Shown: piece by piece, positions 14,336 through 24,579 of the stretch | Numbering within the stretch: the first letter of the stretch is position 1 | Layout: every line of letters begins with the position of its first letter | Source of the DNA: Podarcis bocagei | Taxonomy: Eukaryota | Strand: one strand, 5' to 3' | Assembly: GCA_964188305.1 (NCBI GenBank) | Contig: OZ076886.1 | Length of the DNA stretch: 64,000 nucleotides | The notes under the pieces: generated by a model | What the model was told of the DNA's origin: nothing | Databases searched by the model: none | The model's input: the letters and a program-made list of their open reading frames with translations, nothing else | Program-made: the position numbers and the translations under genes

Positions 14336-14642
14336 CATAGAATCATAGAATCATAGAGTTGGAAGAGACCACAAGGGCCATCGAGTCCAACCCCCTGCCA
14401 AGCAGGAAACACCATCAGAGCACTCCTGACATATGGTTGTCAAGCCTCTGCTTAAAGACCTCCAAAGTAGGAGACTCCACCACACTCCTTGGCAGCAAAT
14501 TCCACTGTCGAACAGCTCTTACTGTCAGGAAGTTCTTCCTAATGTTTAGGTGGAATCTTCTTTCTTGTAGTTTGGATCCATTGCTCTGTGTCCACTTCTC
14601 TGGAGCAGCAGAAAACAACCTTTCTCCCTCCTCTATGTGACA
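14336..14642 (-). mobile_element. CR1 LINE 3' fragment
   Basis: Minus ORF with the CR1 ORF2 C-terminus (RFHLNIRKNFLTVRAVRQWNLLPRSVVESPTLEVFKQRLD) and an (ATTCTATG)n tail. Confidence 0.93.
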
Positions 14643-14889
14643 AGGTGTGCCATGGCCTGACATTTCCTTTGGCCTCAGTATAGAAGTAGGTCTAATTAGA
14701 GTACAGTCCTGGCTTTAATAAATTAGTATTTTATAAGCATACTGACTCCTGGAATCTCACTTAAGCCTACTTGATTCCAGTACAAGCAGTGTTGCCAGCA
14801 CTGCCTTGTTATATAAAAGTAGAACATGTATGCATTAAGAGTTTGCTCTCTGAGTTATGTACAGTATAAACTGGTCTATATTATTTTAA

Positions 14890-15020
14890 CGTAGCCAACA
14901 TGGAAGCTTCCAGATGTTGTTGGACTACAACTCCCATCAGCCCTAGCCAGCAAAGCCAGTGATCAGGGGTGATGGGAGTTGTAGTCAAACATCTGTAGGG
15001 CAACAAGTTGGCTACCTCTG
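14890..15020. mobile_element. Palindromic hAT-type MITE
   Basis: GACTACAACTCCCATCA...TGATGGGAGTTGTAGTC inverted arms; same family as 19786-19914 and the half copy at 3780-3845. Confidence 0.8.
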
Positions 15021-15455
15021 CTCTGGATGACACACCATGAGAGATGAGGAGAGCCAATAACAGCACCTCCCTATGTCCTTTCATGATGTATGGAGAAAAA
15101 TGTAATTCACAAAATGGTTTCTTGACACCAGCTTCCTTCACCTGTGACTCATTTTTTTTTTATTTTCTCACTTATTTAAGGTACCCCAATTGAAATGTTG
15201 AAAGGCTGCCTAATTTTCACCAGTTGAGGGAATTGCTAATAATGAGGTGTATTCTCAGGCTGGATTTTAGTTATTTGAACCTGTTTCTATGCAGAAATAT
15301 CTTGGGTTTTTTTAATCATTAACTTGGGCAAATTCTCTTCTGCAGAAGAGTTGCCATACCACCCACAGTACTGCAACAGCTCTTGGAGAAGAACAAAGTA
15401 TGCAGTTATTTGGAATGTGTTAAACACAGGCTTGGTTTTTTCCCGTTACTCACAG

Positions 15456-15601
15456 GACCGGCACCTTAGAGCCTGGAGACAAGCTGTTAGCCATTGATAA
15501 TATCCGACTCGACAATTGCTCAATGGAGGATGCGGTGCAGATCTTAAAGCAGTGTGAAGAACTTGTCAAATTGAAGATCAGGAAGGATGAGGATAATTCT
15601 G
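15456..15601 (+). CDS. GRIP2: GRIP2 exon, end of PDZ5 ([48 protein letters not shown])
   Basis: AG/GT flanked, 146 bp, in phase. Confidence 0.96.
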
Positions 15602-16686
15602 GTACGAAAGCACTGAATCAAGCTGTTTCTGAGCCATTTTAATAAAACACTCCAATACTTAAGAAAAGCCTGGCAGAGAAACTGGAAAACCATTATTCAA
15701 GTAATGAGTGTGTACATGTGCCTGTGCATTCATGTGTTGGTGCGCATGTGCACACAGCAAGTGCCTACAAACCTACTCTAAGGCTTAAAAGTTACTTACT
15801 CTTTTGCTAGGAAATACTTTGAGGTTTGATGCATACCATAGCTGTCAACGTTTTCCATTTTTTAAGGGAAATTCCATTATTCCAAATAGGATTCCTCGCA
15901 AGAAAAGGGAAAAGTTGACAGCTATGATGCATACCTTGAAGATTCCTTATCATTATTAAATAAGTGTTTATGCATTGAACAGAGTACCAGTATCTAAATG
16001 GCCTTATTAGAAACATAGGTATATTAATGGAAACAAAATTGCCTAGCTAATAAATGCAGTTATGTACAGTCCAATACTTTCGGATTCCACCTGTTTTCCT
16101 TCCCTTATTGTTTTTCTTTGTGACATCGTTTTTATTCATTTTCATCTTTAAACTGTTTTAACATGGTTGCACTGAGATATATATTTGTTTGAATTACAGC
16201 ATGTGGCACGCAGCAATTCCTTAAAATTAAAATCCAAACGGCAATAAACACTCAGATAATTGTTTCTGGATATATTAATTAGCAAAGTTGCATCAAAGCA
16301 TATATACCAAAATTAATTACAAATACGAATTGATGCATTACTTAGATCAGTGACTACAAGTTAAAGGTATTTTGTATCAATAACAATTAGAATTCATGGG
16401 AAATTGTAGGAAGCGGGGAGGAAAAAAATTAAAATATGCACTTCATTCCTTCCTGTATTATAATGAAATTAGTAATCAGATGCTACTAGCTATTAAGCAA
16501 TAAATGATCATTTCCCAATCCTCTTTGGCGGTTACTGGGTTTTTTTGATAACTGGAAAGAACAAGCAGTAGGTCTAATGGAAGTTTATAATCAGCCTGTA
16601 TCTTCTAGATGATCTAGGACTAATCTCAGGAGTTCCTTTAGTTTAGGGTGATTTCTATAATCAGAGCCCTCCTTTCCTCTTAACAG

Positions 16687-16831
16687 ATGAGCAAGAAACA
16701 ACTGGTGCTATCATCTACACAGTGGAGCTAAAGAGATACGGTGGACCCCTGGGAATCACTATTTCAGGGACCGAGGAGCCTTTTGACCCAATTGTCATTT
16801 CAGGGCTGACAAAACGAGGGCTGGCGGAAAG
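16687..16831 (+). CDS. GRIP2: GRIP2 exon, start of PDZ6 ([48 protein letters not shown])
   Basis: cag|...|gtgagt, 145 bp, in phase. Confidence 0.97.
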
Positions 16832-17185
16832 GTGAGTTGCAATTTGCATCCTAATGGGCAGGCATGATATAATGATACTCCGAGTGTAATACACTGGGAA
16901 GCTCTTCTGCTCATTTGTACCACTGAATTAAATAGAGCCTGCATACGTGGGTGGTGTAGACCTTTCTGCACAGTTACGTGGCTGTGCGTGTAAGGAAAGA
17001 GAGGAGAAAGAACTTGGTTGCACGTGATCTTGAGAGGAGACATGAGAGGTTTGTGTGCTGAATGGCTGTCACAGTTTCTGAGCTCCCAACGGGCAATTTT
17101 GTGTTGCTTGGGGAAACTGTGAAGCTTCTTCCAGGTAGTATATTCAGTGCTATTATGTTTATGCATTGGTGGATATGTTTGTGCA

Positions 17186-17229
<44 letters not shown>

Positions 17230-17289
17230 CAGTTACAAGCAAGGAACCAATCAGGAGTGCTGTGTTCAAAATGTGCAGCCACATAACCT

Positions 17290-17432
17290 TAGAATCATAG
17301 AGATGGAAGGGACCCTGATGTTCATCTAATCCAATCCCCCGCAATATAGGAATACGTAGCTGTAGCATATGGGGATTGAACCTGCAATCTTAGCATTATC
17401 AGCACCATGCCCTAACCAACTGAGCTATCCCG
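17290..17432 (-). mobile_element. tRNA-Ile-headed SINE with CR1-type tail
   Basis: Minus strand GGGATAGCTCAGTTGGTTAGGGCATGGTGCTGATAATGCTAAGATTGCAGGTTCAATCCCC resembles tRNA-Ile; tail ends CTATGATTCT. Confidence 0.8.
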
Positions 17433-18977
17433 CTTGTAATTTGTGGACTGTTTGTTTACATGCTTGTGAAATTGCTGGGGGTACATGACATTTTTCCCCC
17501 ACCTCAGTTTTTCCTGTGGATCCTTTGTTCTTTTCACCACCATCACCCCGTTCACATGTAACCACTGCAAACTGGTAACGTTTGTCCTTGCAGGAGAACC
17601 CCTGCAACTATCATTCTGAAATTGGGCAGGCTTCATTTCCTCAGAAGGGGCAGCCATATTTGCAAACAGCACCCATTTTTTATATTTCCCAGTTGTAATG
17701 AATGGAGAACGCAGAACTTCACTTGTATACAGAATGGCTCGGAACCTGGAGCGCAGATCGAAGTGTAAAAAGCATAGTGCAATTCAGAAATTTGTTTTGT
17801 TTAAAAACAAAATAGATACAAGGTGAATCTTTGGGCCCATGCACATTCCCTTCCCAGACTTTTTGATCCATAATTTATACCAATCCATTCAGCTGCTATT
17901 GAAAACAGAGGAATTTTATAATTTCAGTTCACTAATCCACTGTTTGGAAATAAAGTTAACTTTGCTATTTAAACTGGCACCATAGTGACCTCTAGTGGAT
18001 AGTTGAGAAATCAATCCTGACTCAAAGGAAAAAGCAGGCTGGGGGGAGAGAGAGCATAAAATATAAAGAAGTTGAGTTGTATCCCTATAAGCTGCCAACA
18101 AACAAGATTTCCAAAACTGATTGCTGTTCTGTGTGCTAAGCTTTTGTTTTCTGTGACTGAAAATAGACAGCGTTCTTTTGTTTGGGAGATCTGCAAGCAA
18201 AAGTAATTTACTCCCGGAAGGGAGTGGAGTAGCTAAGACAGACTCTTCTGATGGGAAGATAAAATATGCTTAAATGACAATTCTTGGAGATTTTACCACA
18301 GCTGATGGCTAGAACAGCAGAAGCACAAGGAAAATGGACATGGGTACAGCAAGCATTCTGAAACTGGCCGGCCATTGGTCTCTGTGTACTTAACCAACGC
18401 TTGAGTTGTAGTGCAATTTAGAGCATGCAAGGAAATGAATGTCTGTTGCAGCTGTAGCTTAATGGAATAACTGTGATCTAAATGGAGGATATGACATAAT
18501 TGGCCTTTGCGTCCATTGGAAAACAACCCACAGTTGAGCTGTACCTTGAAACCACTCCATGGGCCAATTTGGGATCTGTGCTGGGCCTAATGGGGCCCAA
18601 GAAGTGAAGGTTCCCAAACCCTGGCAGATTGTGTATGCAGAGATATGCATATACAGGTCTGGGAGTTTTTGTTTGTTTGTTTATTTCAATTGGAATTCAT
18701 GGATCAGCCTTTATAGATGATTGAGAAGCATTATGTGTAGAACGGGTGAAGACATGGGCTTCTCTTTCCATTATAAATCACTGAATTTGGAGAAGTGCCT
18801 GCTAATCTGGAAATAGTTGTGTATTTGTTTTCATGTTTTTCTTCTGATTACCACAGAACTTTAAATCTTGCCACACGTGCATCCATCAACTGAACATGGA
18901 TATCTTTATTTATGGGCTGGTTTAATGAAATTACTGTCTTGCATAACAGTTGGAATTTTCATTTGCTTGTTCTTTAG

Positions 18978-19117
18978 GACTGGAGCAATCCATGTAGGAG
19001 ACCGGATATTAGCTATTAATAATGTAAGCCTTAAGGGGAAGCCTCTGAGTGAAGCCATTCATCTACTCCAGATGGCTGGAGAAACTGTAACTCTGAAGAT
19101 CAAGAAGCAAACCGAAA
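18978..19117 (+). CDS. GRIP2: GRIP2 exon, end of PDZ6 ([46 protein letters not shown])
   Basis: tag|...|gtaagt, 140 bp, in phase. Confidence 0.97.
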
Positions 19118-19199
19118 GTAAGTCCTCATTCTAAAAATCTGTGTGTAGCATCTGGCACACCTGGAGCCAAAATCAGTACAGATCAATGTAGCAATCTCC

Positions 19200-20292
19200 A
19201 CTTCTTGGACAAGGTTCTTGGGCAGTCACTGGCCAAATCCAGACTCTCTTGGATGGCACTGGTTTTCCCAGATCTATTTTGATTTGGGTTTAGGCCTGCT
19301 TTTGGTGCACAAATTGCCTCGGTGGCCCTTTGTCGGAAGAGCCGCAGTGGGAATGTGCCCCTGTTTTATTATCCTTGATCCAGTGGCTTTTGATACCATT
19401 AACGATTGTCTTCTTCTGGAGTGGCTGTCCAAATTGAGAGTGGGCACCACCACTGCGATGATTCCAGTCCCACTTGGATGGCTGTTTTCACAGGGTGATC
19501 CTTGAGGGATATTGTTTGGCCTCATGGAGCCTTTCTGTGTCAGCTTCTGGAGAGTTCTGTATTATCTCCCATGCTATTCAGCCTCTACATGAAACTGCTT
19601 AATGGGGTCATCTCGAGTTTTGGAGTACATGGTTAGCAATTTGCTGGAGACACACATCTCTGCTTCTCCTATACATCTTCAGGTGAGGCAGTGGGTGTGC
19701 TAGATCAATGTCTTGCCTCAGTAATGGATTGGATGAGAGCCAATAAACTGAAGCTTAATCAGACAAGACTGAGGTCCTGTTAGTGCAGCAGTTCTCAACC
19801 TGTGGGTCCCCAGATGTTGTTGGACTACAACTCCCATCATCTCTGAGCCTTGCTAGCTAGGGGTGATGGGAGTTGTAGTTCAACATCTGGGGAAGCACAG
19901 ATTGAGAAGGGCTGTGTTAGTGGGTGGTTCCCTAAACCAGATGGATGGGATGTAACCTGCTCTAGATGTTGTTGCACTCCCTCTGAAGGAGCAGGTAGAT
20001 CCTATAGCTTGAGGATACTTCTGGATCCATTACTGTTGCTTGAGGCTCAAGTGAACTGGGCAGCCAAGTCTGCTTTCTATGCTCTGGTAACCTCAAGGCT
20101 GGATTACATCAATGCATGGGGCTGCCTTTTAAGACAATTTGGAGACTGCAGCTGGTGCAGAATTCAGAGGCCTGACTGTTAACTGAGGCAGAGTGGTCCA
20201 AACATGTAACACCAGTTCTGTCATGACTGCACTGGCTACCATTAGTTTCCGGGCTGTATTCAAAGTGCTGGTTTTGACCCATAAAGCCTTAG
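19200..20292 (+). mobile_element. Degraded L2-clade LINE reverse transcriptase fragment, interrupted by a MITE
   Basis: Frameshifted RT-like peptides: AFDTIN, FAGDTHL (YADD-like), WMRANKLKLN, ALVTSRLDY, LHWLP. Confidence 0.8.
19786..19914. mobile_element. hAT-type MITE with 8-bp TSD
   Basis: CAG...CTG termini, palindromic body, exact TGTTAGTG duplication at 19778-19785 and 19915-19922. Confidence 0.9.
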
Positions 20293-21851
20293 GACCTAAA
20301 CCTTCCCTGCCTTGCAAGCTATCTTCGGGAGAAGAAAAGGCTAAGAAGTAAACCCTACACAAATCCGGAGTGGAGTCCCTAAGAGATTGGATGGCACCTT
20401 GTATGCCTCCTTCTGGCAGCCAAGTTGGTGCCAAATGTATTGCTCTGCTCAGAGGCACCAGCTTCTGAAGAAGAATTGGGGGGAGGCGATGTCACATGGT
20501 GCATGATGTCGTATGCGTGACATCAGGATGTTGGGGGGACCTTTAAAAATATATGAGGTCAAGGCATACATGCATTGTATAATGATTGCATCCTCTGTCT
20601 ACATTATTAAACTGCTGTTCCCTTTAATTCTATTCCTGTTAATACCCCTGTTGTGTTGGACTACTGAATTGTGGAGAAATGTGTTAGTTTCCTTGGGAGA
20701 CTTCTTTAAAACAAGGAGAAGGAGGCGAAAGCACCAAGATCAATAAGTGACTCCATTGACAGGTATAATCTCAAGCACCCACTTGAGATTCTGTTTAAGA
20801 AGCTGACTAGATTTTGAGCTGTCTGCTTCCCTTTGAAAAACATCTTCAGACCTGCCAATGCGGAAAGTGATTTTTATTTCTCCTCTTCTTCCTTAACACT
20901 GTTTGAGCAGCCCCACTTTGACGCAGCATTAAGTTTCTGAAAGAATTGCTGAAAAGCCAATTGGGGGAAAACTTAATCGGCATCCTTCACTGCCAACCAC
21001 CTGTCAGTCAAGCATCTCACATCAGACTCTGTGTCTCTGCAGAGTCCCTTACTTTTGAAATTCTGATGCAGCAGCAACCTTGCCTGCCAAACTAAGGAGC
21101 TCAGCCAATGTCTTGAAAGGGCTGAAGTTCACTTTAAAGTCCTGACTGATGTTCATGTGTAAAATTGAGAAATAGGCCTCTGTCCTTCTGTTCTTTGCTT
21201 TTAATGAAGACAACTTGACAGTGTAACCATGCAATTTAATTTTCATGCTTGAAGGGACCATTAGATTTCAATCACATCCATTTTCCTCCCTCTCTGATTC
21301 AGTCTTTCAGCTCTTCATGAACACAGAGGATTTTCCGGGTGCAGTCCCTCCTACTTTCCTTCCTAGCCACTGATAAATTAGATCTCCTACTTGCTCAGAG
21401 TGTAGTTTTTCCTCTTGCTTTCTTAGCACTTTTTACTCTGGCAGAGATAAAACACCTCCCTCACCTCTGATCTCCTTTAAGTCTCTTTCCTGCTGCAAGG
21501 AGTTGTACAGACATCCATAAACAAAGACAGCTGCAATACGTTATTGTACTTCTCTCCAGTCTCACTCACTCTTCTCTCTTTTTTTTCTTTTCTTCAAAAG
21601 ACCTGTGACCTGCCTAGAGCCAACTGGGGGGGGGGTTTGAAGTGTCTGAGGAGAGAGGTAGTTCCCAGTTTCTGCTGGAAGCAGAAGCTACCACTAAAAT
21701 CGTTGTGCTTTAAAAACACTCTTCTGCTGTGGAACTTCCTCAAGAGGTTGCAGAGGTAGCACGTTGCAGGTTTGACTTGCTTTTGGAGGAGACCGAACTT
21801 GAGGCTGTGGTGTTTCTAAAAATATTTAATTTTACAACTATAAAAGTAAAG

Positions 21852-21882
<31 letters not shown>

Positions 21883-21944
21883 GAGTTGAGCAACTCCTGA
21901 CAGGTGGGTCACCTCAGATCCCCAGAGAGAAATATCTGCACCTA

Positions 21945-22411
21945 AGGATGGTCAAATCTGTCAATTTCACTTTTTCCCTATTTTAATCTTAAATTCAGTT
22001 TGCCATGTTTCTGCAGCAATTTGCAGTTATTGTTTTTTTAATCCCCATGAAAATTTGTCAGAATTTCTCCTAATAACCTTTTTGCATGCAGTTTTGACTA
22101 ATGTACACGTTTTTGAAAGCAATTTTCCCTAATATGATGCATTTTTGTATCTCTTTAGTAATATATGCATTTTAATGCATTCTTTCCCCTAACATATATT
22201 CTACACATTGTTTGGGATGGAGAATTGTGTTGCAAAATTCAGAGAAGTGCAAATTTCAAAGGATACGTGTGCTTTGATTTGCACATTTCATATAATTGTA
22301 GGGTCGGAAGGGACCTCAAGGGCCATTTAGTCCAATTTCTCTTCTTAAGAGGTGCACATTAGGTAGTGACTTATTAAAATGCAAACTAAATTGAATTTCT
22401 CCTCCATCCCT
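21945..22411. mobile_element. Probable non-autonomous DNA transposon-like repeat
   Basis: Short AGGATGG...CCATCCCT inverted ends, AT-rich body, and a nested CR1-tail fragment near 22293-22335. Confidence 0.45.
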
Positions 22412-23326
22412 TCATGCTCTCCAGCGTGCCTTCCAATCTCCATGTCAGTGCTCTCATTCCTGCTCACTCCATCATCCTAAAAAACTGCAGTTTCTTTCAC
22501 ACAGAGACCCAACCTTAGCTCAGTTTGGGAATCACCATCCCCCAGCGGCTCTCACAGTCCAGAGATGATCTCTGTACCTCTCAACCATTAGCTATTATGG
22601 TGTGAAACACGTTAATAGTCTTTCGCAGAGCTTTCCCCAAGAGAGGATATAGCTGGCACAGCTCATCCAGCAGTCATAATGATATTTTTACTCACAGAAG
22701 CTCTTTGGAGCACTTTCTGCGTATGACACATGAGTCAAAATGAACGGAGGAGAGTGAATTCCTATCAATCATTCTAAGCCTGAGCTATTTGAAATTGGAA
22801 TTCCACAGCCATCTCAAGTACTCCATCATAAGCAATTTAACCCATCCTAATTTGGGGAGACTATAGTGGGCTCCCCCCTTTCTTTAAAGTACAGTCTTTA
22901 TCTCAGGAGATGTTCTAAGGTGAAAGAGAAAATTGTCAAGGTGATGTGGTTTTAAGTGTTGAGTAAAGAATAAATCACTTTACAATCACTAAATCAGAAA
23001 AGCCACTTACTTGGAAATAAGTCTTTTTACTTGATTTCACTGAACTTACTTGCAAGCAGATGCACTTAAGATCACACACTGGCAGTAGTCGTGATCTGTG
23101 TGATTTTTATGCCTGGAAAGCCGCTCCCCCACTCTTAATTTCACATTTGGTTGGTGCAACTTGAAGCTGCCATGGGTCAAAAAGGCTTACAGGGTGAAGG
23201 GGAAAGAAGGGCAGCACCCCCTTGCTATAGGGCTAAGGCAGCATCAGTGTTCTCCACACCAGACACTACATCATCTGGAAAACACAACATTGGGCCTGCA
23301 ACCTGATATGAGACTTACCAACCATT

Positions 23327-23663
23327 AAGGTAAAAGTAAAGGTACCCCTGACCGTTGGGTCCAGTCGCAGACGACTCTGGGGTTGCGGCGCTCATCTCGC
23401 TTTACTGGCCGAGGGAGCTTCCGGGTCATGTTGCCAGCATGACTAAGCCACTTCTGGTGAACCAGAGCAGTGCACGGAAATGCTGTTTACCTTCCCGCCA
23501 GAGCGGTACCTATTTATCTACTTACACTTTGACGTGCTTTCGTACTGCTAGGTTGGCAGGAGCAGGGACCGAGCCACCGGAGATCACTCTGTCGTCGAGA
23601 TTCAAACTGCCAACCTTCTGATCGGCAAGCCCTAGGCTCTGTGGTTTAGACCACAGCGCCACC
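23327..23663 (-). mobile_element. Sauria SINE
   Basis: High similarity to 11847-12191; CCATTA on both flanks. Confidence 0.9.
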
Positions 23664-23765
23664 CATTAGCTGGTGATTATAACATGACAGAAAGAGAGCA
23701 GGCGAGCTTCACAGAAATGTCTCTAACATCTTGTGCATGCCTGTGCATCTTTATTTTGACCCCAG

Positions 23766-23942
23766 GGACTTACCCGAAACAGTCTGGGAGTATAAATGAA
23801 GTGAGCGACCCAGAAGATGACCTGACTGATTCCCAGAAAACTAGCAAACTCTCTGAGATTTATTCCACCACAATCCCCAGTGTGGACAGTGCAATGGAAT
23901 CCTGGGACGGTTCTGGCATTGATGCTGGTTATGGAAGTCAGG
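23766..23942 (+). CDS. GRIP2: GRIP2 exon, linker after PDZ6 (TYPKQSGSINEVSDPEDD...TIPSVDSAMESWDGSGIDAGYGSQ)
   Basis: cag|...|gtgagt, 177 bp; GRIP-conserved PSVDSAxESW motif. Confidence 0.93.
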
Positions 23943-24351
23943 GTGAGTCGGCCTTTAATGTGCGAATGCATAAGCTTGTCTCCTCTCTCCCAACTCCATT
24001 TTGAATTGCTGAGGGCCAGTTCATACATTTATATCTGAGGGGATAAAGGTTCACACAAGCGAACATTGCCATGGGGTCAGTAGTTACAGCGAGCCCCTTC
24101 AACGTCCATTTACAGGTGTGGTTTGGATTCAAACCTCACCAGCAAATGGACAAAGCAGGGCGCTTTGTCCATCTGGTTGCACTATTAAAATTCCCTCTAG
24201 GCATATAGGATGTCTACTGCAGAACTAGAAATGGGAGACAGACTTCCCATCCAGCTAACTTAGCCATAAGATTGTCTTTGCTCAATGTAGCCATGTAAAA
24301 ACGACCTGATCCTTCCTGTTTGTCTCTCTGCTCCCCATCGGATCCCAGTAG

Positions 24352-24505
24352 GTACATACTTGCCTCAAGCTGTTGGCATTGCGCTTCACCCACATGAATG
24401 GAGATCCAGCAGACAGAAGAACAGTACCCCTCCTGGTGATCCCAGGAAGAGTTACCCCTTTATGGATGGCAGTTTCAGTGAAGATGACTGGGAGAAGCCC
24501 AGCAG
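24352..24505 (+). CDS. GRIP2: GRIP2 linker exon (TYLPQAVGIALHPHEWRSSRQK...FSEDDWEKPS); alternative start 24349
   Basis: CAGTAG tandem acceptor, ag|gtatgt donor, EDDWE motif, in phase. Confidence 0.9.
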
Positions 24506-24539
24506 GTATGTGAGGCTTGTAAGAAAACAAGGGGGAAGG

Positions 24540-24579
<40 letters not shown>

